Shown here in pieces: positions 28,396 to 40,651 of a stretch of 64,000 nt of DNA. Below the pieces are notes generated by a model. It was not told the DNA's origin, ran no database searches, and saw nothing but the letters and a program-made list of their open reading frames with translations. How positions within the stretch are numbered: position 1 is the stretch's first letter; each line of letters opens with the position of its first letter. The translations under genes and the position numbers were made by a program. The DNA comes from Octopus vulgaris (taxonomy: Eukaryota): assembly GCA_951406725.2 (NCBI GenBank), contig OX597827.1, forward strand, positions 80,228,001 through 80,292,000, written 5' to 3'.

Positions 28396-29100
28396 CTGTT
28401 CAAATAAAATATTTCATTCTATACAGCAAAGTGCATTAAACAACAAACAAAATACATTTATCATTTCTTCTATGTGTAATACACTAAATGTTAATATAAA
28501 AGCTAGTTATGTACAATGGTTTCTAAAGAAATGTATATATATATTTTGTTTTTAAACTAGTTATATTACCTCAACAACAATCCTTACTCAACTTCAGAGG
28601 AGTCAAGGTTGATGCAGAAGCAAAAGGGGTCGGATGAAGAAGCAGCACATTTATGAACCAATGATTGAAATGAGTTGGTGAGTGAATGTTTCTGAATCAG
28701 TCGAAGACTCTTGGGGTGCAATACAGGATGTTTACATGAGTATATATGTACACTTATGTATATATGTAAGTTCATAAAATTACATATAATTCATATATAC
28801 ATATATCACCATGATCACCATGACCGACCAGGCTGTCAGATGGTGTTACACATCGCTGATCACAATGCGCTTCACATTGTTTTAGCCTTCAAATGACGCC
28901 ACCCTGCAGGCTAAGCGAGCAGGCCAATATATATATATGTATATATATATATATAATTATTATTGAGATGTACTTGCATAGCAAGTGATTTGATCTGAGA
29001 TCGTGTGCTGGAATGAAAACAATTGCAGCGTGGAAGGTGTTTGTAAGCCATTTAAGAAACACACAAAAGCCGTTCGATTCACTTCAACATATAAGTTTAA

Positions 29101-29150
29101 TTTGTCAAAATATTTTCGTCGCTAAAATCCGCGACCTGTTCACTGACAAA
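29101..29150 (-). ncRNA. Minimal hammerhead ribozyme motif with G3-C8 swapped core, in the last protocadherin intron
   Basis: Minus strand TTTGTCA GTGAACA G GTCGC ggatttta GCGAC GAAA A TA T T T TGACAAA: 7-bp stem I, 5-bp stem II, palindromic AATATT stem III. Confidence 0.65.
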
Positions 29151-29257
29151 AATCCGTACTGCATCTCTAATTATTATTATTTGTGGGAATAAAATCCAAA
29201 CTTACAAGGGAAAAAAAAAATTCAATTTAGAAATACTAAATCAAATCTCACACAATA

Positions 29258-29552
29258 TAATATATATATATAAAAAATAAGAAAAAAACCACCTTTCATC
29301 AATTCAAAATGAACAATTAAATTACACCATCCAGAAGATTACATATAATATAAAAAAATTAAAATTAAAATAACAATAAAATAATAGGTAGAAAAACCTA
29401 TTATATACGTTTTTATTATTATTTTTGCAATTTACTTAATCTTTGACATTTTATTGTTATTTTAATTTTAATTTTTTTTTATATTATATGTAATTTTCTG
29501 GATGATGTAATTTAATTGTTCATTTTGAATTGATAAAAGGTGGGTTTTTTTC

Positions 29553-29575
<23 letters not shown>
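29258..29575. repeat. AT-rich inverted repeat (~120-bp arms) in the protocadherin intron
   Basis: About 29258-29382 pairs with about 29448-29575 (tcaattcaaaatgaacaattaaattaca / tgtaatttaattgttcattttgaattga). Confidence 0.85.
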
Positions 29576-29598
<23 letters not shown>

Positions 29599-30504
29599 CA
29601 CACACACACACACACATACATACATACATACATATGGAAAGAAGAGATGTATTCCGATGCAGGAAAAATATAGAATTTGTTTTGGGGTTTGAAAATGCAC
29701 CTGAATCTAAAAACTGTGTAGTAGATTTTAAATAGATTTATTCATATAACAAACTTGTTTCGGCTATTTTTTGTTTATCAGTTGTACAAATATATTAAAA
29801 AATTGGGATTTGGGAGAGTTTAAAGTTACAAGGTAAAAATTGGACAAACATATTTAAACCATTAAATGTTCATAGAAATTTCAATGAGTTTCACAGGGGT
29901 TAATAGGAGTAACAGTATAAATGGTCACCAAACATTTATGTTTGAACAGTTGCCTCACTCTAATCAGTATACTCTGAAATCCCCATGCAGGTCAGATTAC
30001 TGATGATCTCAAAAAGTGTGGGGACACACAGTGCCAAATTCTGTGCTGGCATTTTGACTTTTGAAAATCCAGACGCACCATCTTCAGCACTACTGACATC
30101 AAATTCCATAACATCTCTTCAATTTACTTCTGCAATGCTATATATATACAATTATGCTTTCTTCCAATTCACCCTCAACAAATGTTTTACTGCAAAACAG
30201 TGGAAAATTACCAGTGTCATCACTCCATTCAAAATAGTGACTGCACATCACCTATCAGCTACTATCCGGTTAGTTTCACTAGCTGTATCACCACATTGGT
30301 GGAGTCCTATGATTGAGAGACACTCTGGAATTTTGGGAATTTTCATTTCGTTTTGACCCTCACAATATGGATTTATCTTTAATTCCAGTTGCTGTGACCA
30401 ATGCATAGAATTTCTTGAAAACACACCTGAATCAAAGATGGTGACTCGTGAATGGATATTATCTATCTCAACTTCACCAAAGCCTTTTTTTCTGTGCCAC
30501 ACAA

Positions 30505-31520
30505 ATGGGATGGTTCATTGGAAAGTTCATAGGCTGACAAGATACTCTCATGGAATGTAACTGACCAAATAAGGTTTTATTTTTCAACATAATCCCTGCC
30601 TCCTTGTGCACACAGACTCTCCTTCAATCAATGTTTCAGTGTTTGGATCCCATTGGTGAAGAAGCTTTCAGCTTATTGATCAAAACTTAATCAACAACAG
30701 ATGTAATGTTATCATCACTGCATTACTGATTCCCAACCAAATGTTTGGGAACAGATGACAGTCAGATGGCACCAAATCAGGAGAATAAGGAAGGTGATCA
30801 ACCAGTTCACAGTTAGTCATGCACAGCAGCCATTGAAACCAACGAGTTGTGTGCTGGAGCATTGTCCTGGTGAAACAAGACCCCTTTCATCAGTTTTTCT
30901 GGATATTTGGTCTTGATAGCCTTTCATAACTGCCTCAGCAACTTGGCAGAGTACTCTCCATTTAGGGTATAGCCCTTTTGAAGACAGTCAGTAAATACAA
31001 CACTCTTCACATCTCACAAAACTGAAGCCATCACCGTCCCTGCATATGGAACGACCTTGGCCTTCTTCGGAACAGGTGAGGAGGGACGTTTCCACTGTAT
31101 GGATTATCTCTTTGACTCTAGCCTAAAGTGATGAAGCCAGCACTTATGCTGGGTTAGGAAACATTCAAGAAAATCAGCTGGGTCTGCCTCACATAATGTC
31201 AAATTTCCCCATGATGTGATCAGGTAACACCCGCTGAGCAGAAACTTTTGTTATACCAAGTTCATATCGCAGAATATTCTCAACTCTCTCACAGGATATG
31301 CTAATAGTATTGGTTGGTTTATAGTCAATCACTATATGTAGTGATCATGATCAATGTTCTCCTTGCAGTTTCAGAATGTCCAGACACTGGGTCATCCTCA
31401 AGACTCTCCCTTCCCCTCCTAAATTCAATTGTCCACTTTTACACTCTTGGCAAAGCTGGAACGTCATCTTTTAGTGTAGCTGCCATATCAGCATGAATGT
31501 CCTTTGAGGCTAAACCTCCA
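30505..31520 (-). mobile_element. Decayed mariner (Tc1/mariner) transposase
   Basis: FHQDNAPAH and DHLPYSPDLVPSDCHLF (YSPDLAP motif) on the minus strand; mariner-type end near 30505. Confidence 0.85.
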
Positions 31521-31542
31521 CAGAGATCTATTCTTGGTCGCC

Positions 31543-32400
31543 TGATGTCTGTTGCATATATCAACGAAATAGTTGTCAACTTGAAGCATGTTACTGTATT
31601 AAAATATATAGAAAACATTAAAGCTGTACCTTGAGATAAAACTTTTAAAAAAAGCCTCTATACACTCTAGATCTTTCTACTAATTTGACCTGGACACAAT
31701 GCAGCAATAGATGGCTGACTGGCAACTCATGCTGGCAGTATACAAATGCATCTCTATACATACTGGGAGGAAAAATTTGGAATTTATGTACTCCTTCCAT
31801 AAGATGTTTGCTGATGAACATGACCTAGGCATTATTGTCAACAATTATTTATGTTGAACAAACCATATTTCTAAAAGGTTAAAAATCTCTATAGTATTAC
31901 TGAGTAAGACCTTTGTCAGCAACTCATCAGCTTTCTGTTTGCAGCTAAATATAGTTATGGTATGTCCACATTTACAGTTTGCATCTCCAGTCTGGAACCC
32001 ACTTCTTGTTGAAGACATTGATCTGCAAGAAGATGTCCAGAGATATGAAAGCAGATGAATACTCTCTGTCAGTCACCTGCCATACCTCGTATGTCTTGTT
32101 TCTCTGGACATTGACACTAAAGTTTCAATGTTTATCAGCTGACTTGGTAGAAGCCCACAGGATTATCCACCACCTTCCCAACCACAAATCTGGCCCCCTT
32201 TTTGAATTAAACACCTTTACTTCTTATGGGTATACTTATAAAATAAAAAAAGCAGTATAACACCCATGACTTTTTGAAATATTTTTTACATACTCAGAAT
32301 TATCAAAGCATAAAATAAACTAGCTGCATTGGTTGTTAGGTGTCAGGACACGGCAATCTCCAAACATTCAATGCTTTCTGAAATTCGTTAACACTACTTC
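31543..32400 (+). mobile_element. Old degenerate CR1 3' fragment
   Basis: Diverged nucleotide match to the other CR1 copies (gacctggacacaatgcagca..., cacccatgacttt...). Confidence 0.75.
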
Positions 32401-33008
32401 TAACATACCTATGCTTCTTTCCCTCTTCATGGCTCCTTTTGAAAAGAAACAATGCATGCTTTATTTGACCTGGTGAGAGCTTACAAGGTGGTGTCAAACG
32501 AAGACATTTTCACTTGGAAATGAGTATCTCTTTCTGAGTGATTCTCTAAGTGCTGTGGGCTGTTGACATTGGTTTTACTGTTGCAGTACAAAATCAGGTG
32601 AGCCTTTTGTAATGCAGATTTTGAGATGTGGAGGGTTCAAATTTTTTCTGATTCTCATTTAGCTATCTGAAAGTGATTAAGGATAGTGCTGTGGATAGTC
32701 AGCCTAGAATTGACAAATCTAATTTATTACTGACTCATACAAACAGAATATATGAATGTGATATTCTAATATAAAAAGTGTGACAGTGGATCTTTCAGAT
32801 TTGGAACCTATAAGTGAACGTCTGGTTTTAATGTGTTAAAAGGAAGTGAGAGTTCAATGAATCAATAATATGATGAGATAAAATACTATCATGGAATGTC
32901 GGAGAGAACTTAAAGTTTTATTATCAGTGTGTCTAAATAATGAAATTTAACATCAAATTTTAAAAGAACTTGTCTGTGCAGATAACTGTAAAATATTGGA
33001 ATACTTAC

Positions 33009-35279
33009 TACTGTTGAGAAACTACTAGATGTTGACCGTTTATATTTGTACCTTTCTGGTATTAATTCTCTATAGATATTGTCAATTTGGGATACAGACA
33101 GGGAATCTGTTCGATTATAGAAGTCATTCATTTCTGTTATAGAAGGCATTGGTCTGGCACTCGAGCTCTGCTTGACTTCAATATGTTTAAAGATGCATAT
33201 TGTAAGAGAAACTATGACAACCAAAGATACAACTACACATGCTACAGCAATTATAATTATTAATGTAAGGCTCATTGGATATATTTTTTTGTCAATAGTT
33301 AGTTTCAACAATAGGCTAGTTGTTGCTGACAGAATTGGAGTACCACTGTCTTTCACAACAAACTCAAGCACATATGATCTGACATCATTTTGGTAAACTG
33401 TGCGAGAGTAAGATAACACACCAGTGAACAAGTCCAGTTTAAATAACTGTCTCTCGTTACCTGAAACAATTTCATACTTGAGAAAAGCGTTATTTCCATT
33501 GTCTCTGTCTGAAGCTCTCAAAACTGTGATGTCGTTCTTACTTTGCGGATGATAGTGGACATTAAGAGTGAAAGGGTCAACACTAGGAAATGTAAAATAT
33601 GGAGCATTATCATTTCTATCCAATACTTCCACTTCAACATTCACTGTGTTATTCAGAGATGGGCTTCCATTGTCTTTCACAAAAACCTCAAACTCATAGA
33701 AATCTCTGTGTTCTCTGTCTAAAGACTGGTTTGTTGAAATAAAGCCAGAGTTGATAATCTGGAATGGCAGACGATATTGCTGTTTATTCCTCAGAGAATA
33801 AGACAATTCACCTCCCTTACCAATATCTGGGTCTGTAGCATTGATAAAGCCAATAGGGAAATTAGCTTTGTCATTCTCATAGGTAAGGAACTTGAATGTG
33901 TCTTTCGTAAAGTGTGGTTCTACATCATTCACATCCAACACTTGGATTGACAGATCTTTATCAGTTTTCAGAGCAGGTAATCCTTTATCTTCACACGACA
34001 CAGTAAAGTGATAATGTTCCTGTGTCTCTCTGTCTACTGCTTTCTTTAGAACTATTTTATATTCCTTTGATCCCATTGACTGTAGTTTGAATGTGTCATC
34101 TTTGATATGACAGTTCACCTCTCCATTGTGACCAACATCATTGTCAGTGACCATCACATAAGCAATGAAACTACCAACTTTGATGTCTTCCAGAATGGTA
34201 GCTGTGTTGTGATTCTGTGTAGAAATAAAGTTCACATCAATATTTGGGGGATTGTTGTGTTGGTTGATGACATTTACCATAACAGTTGCTGTGGAACTGA
34301 GAGGAGGAATTCCATTATCTTTAGCCCCAACATAAAATTTTAAAACTTTCTCTTCACCAAGTAATGTAGAGTTTATTAAGAATATTTTTCCAGTTTTTTC
34401 ATCTAAATTAAAAAGTCTCCTTATCTTTTCATCAGTTTTCTGACTGAAATAGAAAGATATTTTACCATTCCTGCCAATATCCAAATCACTGGCAGATAAT
34501 GTGACAACTGGAATATTCTTTTTATGCTTATGTTCAATAGAGACATTGTAGATACTTTGAGAAAATTGTGGTTTATTATCATTTTCATCTTCCACAGATA
34601 TTTTAACATTTAAAACAGATTGTTTTGGTGGAGTTCCTCCATCTTTAGCAATGACTTCAATATTGTAACTGTCTTTCGTTTCTCTGTCTAATTTCTTCTC
34701 TAAAATGATTCCTAATGTTGATAAGCCATCAGCTTCTCTGGAAACACTTAATGAAAAATAGTTATCTCCACCATCTAATTCATAAGTAATTAAGCTGTTT
34801 TCTGGACTCATATCCTTGTCATTGGCATTAGGTATGGGTTTCTTCATTCCATCTCTGTCTCCTTCTCCAAAGATTAGTATAATTTCTTTCTGAGGAAACT
34901 CAGGTTGGTGGTCATTGATGTCTTCTATTATGACTTTAATCTTTAAGATCTTCATAAATGTCTTGGATTTGTGAACAGCAACTTTAACGATTTCAAAACA
35001 TTCTTTCTCATAACTACACACAGACTCAGCATCCAATGTCTTAACAGTGTACAGTTTACCTGTTCTCGTCACATTGAACAATTGTTCTCCCTTTTGTTGC
35101 AGTTGACTAAATGTAATTAAATCCTTATTCTTTCGGAAGGAGCTGTCTGATTGCTGTAAGTCAGTAGCAATGTCCCCTACATAGGTATTGGGACTCTTCT
35201 CTTCTTCAACACGGTATGTGATATCTTCACTTAGATAACAGTGGAAGAAAGTCAGTAAAACACACAGATACAACAACAT
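33009..35279 (-). CDS. Pcdh: Protocadherin, large coding exon (signal peptide, EC1-EC6, transmembrane helix, proximal cytoplasmic region), 757 codons
   Basis: ORF 32910-35279. Hydrophobic N-terminus MLLYLCVLLTFF; EC1 with LDAESVC..C; Ca-binding motifs DINDHQP, DENDNKP, DVNDVEP, DRNDNAP, LDRE/VDRE, AxDxG, AxDxD; TM LTLIIIIAVACVVVSLVVIVSLTICIF. The ORF reads through a perfect phase-0 donor ACAGTA|GTAAGT at 33009/33008, so its last ~32 codons are probably intron. Symbol is family level only. Confidence 0.96.
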
Positions 35280-35362
35280 GTCTGGTCTTGGTAGTAATAC
35301 AGTATCCAGTGGAGAGATGACTTCAAATATTCAAACTGGACAAAAAAAAAAAAAGAAAGATA
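35280..35362 (-). promoter_or_regulatory. 3' splice acceptor and 56-nt 5'UTR part of the large protocadherin exon
   Basis: Minus strand tctttc(T)n-gtccag|TTTGAA with AG at 35337-35336, 56 nt before the ATG. Implies upstream non-coding exon(s). Confidence 0.8.
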
Positions 35363-35510
35363 GTCAGCACATTAGTGAGATTAGATATAACAACAAAAAC
35401 TTCAGTAATATATTTAGTACATTCAAAGTATTCCAGAAATTCCATATTTTTAATTGATTGGAAGATATTACTTAAGTTAATGGGATTTAATTTATTTACT
35501 CTCTCTCTCT

Positions 35511-35549
<39 letters not shown>

Positions 35550-36357
35550 ATCTCTTATGTCTCTATCACTCATCCCTCCATTTCTTTTATTTTTCTGACA
35601 CTCATCTCTCTGTGACTTACCCCTTCTTCATTTAACTTTGAACTCCAAATGCAAAATTATCAGTTTGCTATCATGAATGAACCACACCATTTTCACATAA
35701 ACAACCTAAAAATTGATCAGTCAGCTTAATATATAATAAGAAAATAATTATTATGAACTTATTGTATACAGTGCTCAGGTGCACTACACCAAATGATGAA
35801 CAACCCTAATCATATTCAAATCATATTGGGTACTCATCAGAGGCATCTACATCGCTTTAACCAATCCATGTTGTGTAGCCTTGTTCACCAATCCATGTTG
35901 TGAACATCACCTGAAATGTTTTTGAAATTTGAGCCCTTTTTCACTTAGCAGTTTGGTCCCTATATCATCCCAGAGCACTGTTGCCATTTAAGCAGAGCAG
36001 ATCTTGGCTCTCACCTGGCCAATCAAGAAAGAAACCTTAACCAGTTTCAGCAGACTCATGTCTTTTTGTCTCTCACTTTTCAGATAATTAATGGCTGGGC
36101 AAATACAGTTCAGTCAATCCTTGCATCCTTGTTACCAGTGGGGATTTGATAATTGATGTATGTATTCTTGCTTAGCCTTCCCTTAATAAAATCAGTTGTT
36201 AAATGTTCAGAGGTTTGCTTTTGTTTTAATACATACAGATAATCTCATCTCACATCACAATTAATACAGCAATGACATCACCTTTTACAATCATACAACA
36301 GACATCAATACCCAAACCATGACATTGATAACCCTGCAGCCAAAAACCTCAATAATA

Positions 36358-37068
36358 ATGCCCAGGACATCAATCGTCTGGAAGCTGTTCAGCGACGTGC
36401 AACCAAAAGAATACCCTCCATCAGGCATTTGCCATATCCTGAACGCCTTACATCCCTGGGCATGGACACATTGAAACTCCGACGTCTGGCAGCTGACTTG
36501 GTAGACACCCATAAAATTATCAACCATCGCACAAACAATAACTCTGAGCACCTCTTCAAACTCCACCCATCTAACACCCGTGGACATATTTACAAAGTAA
36601 GAAAACAGCACAGCTCCCATGACTTCAGGAAACATTTTTTCACGCTGAGAGTTGCTGAAGCGTGGAACAAACTGCCGGCATCGGTTGTTAGTTGTCGGAG
36701 CACTGCATCCTTCAAAACTTCCATGCTTCCTGAGATTCGCCAACACTACACTTGATTTTTCTCCCTCCATACACACACAAACATGTATCTGACTCATACG
36801 CTGTTCACTTTCCAGACATTTGTACATTACTGCATGTACTTTATACTCTTACTCTTTGCTCTTTAACTTGTTTCAGTCATTTGACTGCGGCCATGCTGGA
36901 GCACCGCCTTTAATCGAGGAACTCGACCCCGGGACTTATTCTTTGTAAGCCCAGTACTTATTCTATCGGTCTCTTTTTGCCGAACCGCTAAGTAACGGGG
37001 ACATAAACACACCAGCATCGGTTGTCAAGCAATGCTAGGGGACAAACACAGACACACAAACACACACA

Positions 37069-37116
<48 letters not shown>

Positions 37117-37340
37117 TACGACAGGCTTCTTTCAGTTTCCGTCTACCAAATCCACTCACAAGGCTTTGGTCAGCCCGAGGCTATAGTAGAAGACACTTGC
37201 CCAAGGTGCCACGCAGTGGGACTGAACCCGGAACCATGTGGTTGATAGACAAGCTACTTACCACACAGCCACTCCTGCGCCTTTCTGACAAGTTGTGGTG
37301 CACCTGAGCACTGTATACAATAATTTCATTATTATTATTA
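36358..37340 (+). mobile_element. CR1 3' end interrupted in its 3'UTR by a SINE
   Basis: Near-identical to 43916-44428; the tail resumes at 37283 after the SINE. Confidence 0.9.
36846..37282 (-). mobile_element. tRNA-derived SINE, family C (bipartite, internal (TA)n)
   Basis: Head aggcgcaggagtggctgtgtggtaag...gggttcagtccc; homologous to 62633-63040. Fragments at 8460-8622, 53965-54142 and 57665-57848. Confidence 0.9.
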
Positions 37341-38350
37341 TAAAACCCTGCAATTGGGATATCATTTTATGAGTCTAGCTTACTTATGTTTCTGACACTT
37401 TCCACCTCTCATTCTTATTACTCTAACTCTCCTACGTTATAAGGGATTGAATTAGATCTACTTGTAATTCTTGCACTCAGCATTTCTCATTCTATAATTC
37501 CAGTCATCCCCCCCCTCATTCTTGAGCCGCTTCTGACTGGCATCTGTCATTTATTCTCATCTCTATTTCTAGCCATCCCATTTCTCTCTCACCCTGCCAC
37601 CCTTTCATCCCATTTCTACCATCATACACTGGTTCCCTTCAACAGCCCATTCTGCTTCTGCTATCATCATCACTCTTTTGTCAATTTACTTTCTCAGTCA
37701 TATAGCGTTGAGTGAACAAACACACCATAAAATAGTCAGGACACTTTATTCCTATAAGTTCCAAGGCAACTCCACTGATGTTGGTACCATTATAAAATCC
37801 ATCCAGCTGACATTGTTAAGTGGTCAGTTGAACATAGTGGAGACAATATAGAGTTCAGAGGATTCTTTAGTCTTATCAAGGACTTGGTAACTTCTCTAGT
37901 GCCTATGCCATGGTAAAATTTGCTTCTAGTACATTCTGGAAAATTCTGGTGATGAGATGGGCATCCAGCTGTAGAAACTAAACCAAAAAATAAAATCTAT
38001 GAGCAAGACATAGTCTTCCTAGCCTTCTTGTGTGAAAGGAGCTCCAAATAAGAACTGATTCGGGTTCTGATAACCCATCTAGTCCTTGTGCCAGCAAGAA
38101 AAGCTGATGTAAAATGAAGTCTTACTTTAAATGGGACAAAACATTTTAACTCCTTTCCAGTAGTTTCACATTAATGTGGTAATGTTATAATTTAGATATT
38201 TCTTTATGGGTTAGTGACTGATGTCTATATAAAACTGTATTCTCTTTTGCCTGGGTCTTTGATGTGACACAATGTCTTGTGACAAGGCAAAGTGGTCTGC
38301 TACTCCATGATTTTACTTGAAGACTGAGCAGTCAATAAAATAAAACTTAC

Positions 38351-38392
38351 CTCTAAATCCTATAAAACATAAATTCAATTTGAATCTCAATC
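38351..38392 (-). other. Candidate small non-coding 5' exon of the protocadherin (42 nt, or a 9-nt variant 38359-38351)
   Basis: Perfect donor GAG|GTAAGT at 38351/38350, preceded by two acceptors: ttattctatag| (38393) and atgttttatag| (38360). Confidence 0.4.
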
Positions 38393-38449
38393 CTATAGAA
38401 TAACATTTTGATTTCCCATATCAAATTAAACCTTAACTGTTTATAATAT

Positions 38450-38494
<45 letters not shown>

Positions 38495-38764
38495 GACATA
38501 TATATTTAGATTTGTATATATATATATATATAATGGGGTTAGGAAGGGGTTCTGGCGTTAGGAAGGGCATCCAGCTGTAGAAACACTGCAAGATCAAACT
38601 GGGCCTGGTGCAGCCTTCTGGCTTCCCAGACCCCAGTTGAACCGTCCAACCCATGCCAGCATGGAAAGCGGACGTTAAATGATGATGATGATATATACAC
38701 ATATATATTTAGATTTGTATATATATATATTTTATATATAGATATATATATATATATATATATA

Positions 38765-40651
38765 TAGGTTATAAAATGAGATAGGGGTTGAAAATTCAAC
38801 CCACCATGGGATAATATATATCCAATATACTGCTAGATAGGTACCCAACAAAAATTAATACATAGATGTTAGAAATTGTCAAGCAATCAGTTCATCTATT
38901 GTATTAAATGGGTAAGGGTAATAATATTACCGTAAATTAATACTACAAAATTAGAGAATGGAGAAACATACTTAAATCAATAAAACATCAACTATCCGAT
39001 GATACTCAATCCATACTTTAATACACCATTACATAGGAGTAAAGGCAATATATAAAATGAAATGAGATATACAGTAATAGTAAAAGTAAAAGTAAAAGTA
39101 AAAAGATAAAGAGATATAAGTAAAAAATTATAAATACAATATGCAAATAAATCAAACTGACAGCTGTTTCGGCATTTATTCCTTTTTATTTATTTTATCT
39201 CTTTTCATATTAAGTCTTTATAATATAAAATTTATTTAAAATTTCTGTGATGTTCTCATAAGCGTTTACATTAATACTTCCCCCTCTATTTTTTATTGCC
39301 TAAACTGGTATATTTTGGCACTATATTTATTAAGTTAATAAGTGACTTATTTATAATATCTAAATTAATATATTTTATATTTTATATTTTATAATTTAGC
39401 GTACTTTAAATCATAACAAACTTACGATAAACCTAACAACCGTATGTTTACTCTGCAACAAACCGGTGTTACAAATTTTAAGTTACCCATGAAATAATTA
39501 TCTGAATTAGTAACATACTGATATTTAAAAATACATTTATATCTTAATTAAATATTTTATAGAATGCATGGATGGTTCTTTTTTTGTTATTGAGGCTCAG
39601 TTATAATTTTGAAGGACTTAGTGTTAGCATGGTTGCTTCCCTATTTGTTTATCTAAGTGTTAGTTGTTGCTTATGATTATGTATATGTACAAGTGTATGT
39701 ATATACATATAACTATGTGTGTATGTGCGATTGATCTGTAGATGCGTGTGTGAATATTGGCGTTCCCTGACTAACCAACCGTATAATTTTCTTTTGTGAT
39801 TTAAATTTCAAACCAATAGCCAATCGAATTAATCTAAATTTTCTTTACCTAGTGGTCAGCATTTCTTAACTCATAGTTATTTCGATCTTGGAAGGATGGA
39901 CTTGGTGATAACTTAACTGTATCTATTTTTATTATTTTTTATTATTATTACTATTATTATTTTTATTATTATTATTATTATTAATAGTAATTTTTATTAA
40001 CTTTTATAGCTTTAGAATTTTATGAACTGTACCACGGATTTAATTATTATTATTTTTCATCTCCATATGTGTTAGCCCCCTTTTTTTATAAAAAAAACTA
40101 TTAGCTAAATATGTATGATATCGGTACTTATTAATATTATATATACACTGTTATATATTTTGTTTTATTTTGTTCTGGTTACCTTCCTTTTTGTACAAAT
40201 ATGTATTATATTATACAAGTGTAGCATTATGATGTATAAGTTTTTATATTTTACTTTTTTATATTTTTATATTTATATGTATATGATTATATAATATTTT
40301 TCACTATTATAACAAATTTAATTTAATTCTCTGAAGAGGCCGTGGGGCATCTTTGTTAATGCCTCATTTATACCTGCCTTTATGGCTTATAGGTTAAATG
40401 AGGTATGACTGTCCTCACTGCCGAAACAGCTGTCAGTTTTGATTTATTTGCATATTGTATTTATAATTTTTTACTTATATCTCTTTATCTTTTTACTTTT
40501 ACTTTTACTTTTACTATTACTGTATATCTCATTTCATTTTATATATTGCCTTTACTCCTATGTAATGGTGTATTAAAGTATGGATTGAGTATCATCGGAT
40601 AGTTGATGTTTTATTGATTTAAGTATGTTTCTCCATTCTCTAATTTTGTAG

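Noticed and set aside
32910-33008. Final ~32 codons of the 789-aa ORF as the true C-terminus
   Set aside because: They begin at a consensus GTAAGT donor and an in-phase downstream exon exists; probably intron read-through.
33015-33040. WIRS motif in the cytoplasmic tail (SSSFST)
   Set aside because: Lacks the required hydrophobic residue two positions before S/T-F.
35795-35850. Minus-strand CTGATGAG hammerhead start
   Set aside because: No GAAA-stem III-NUH downstream.
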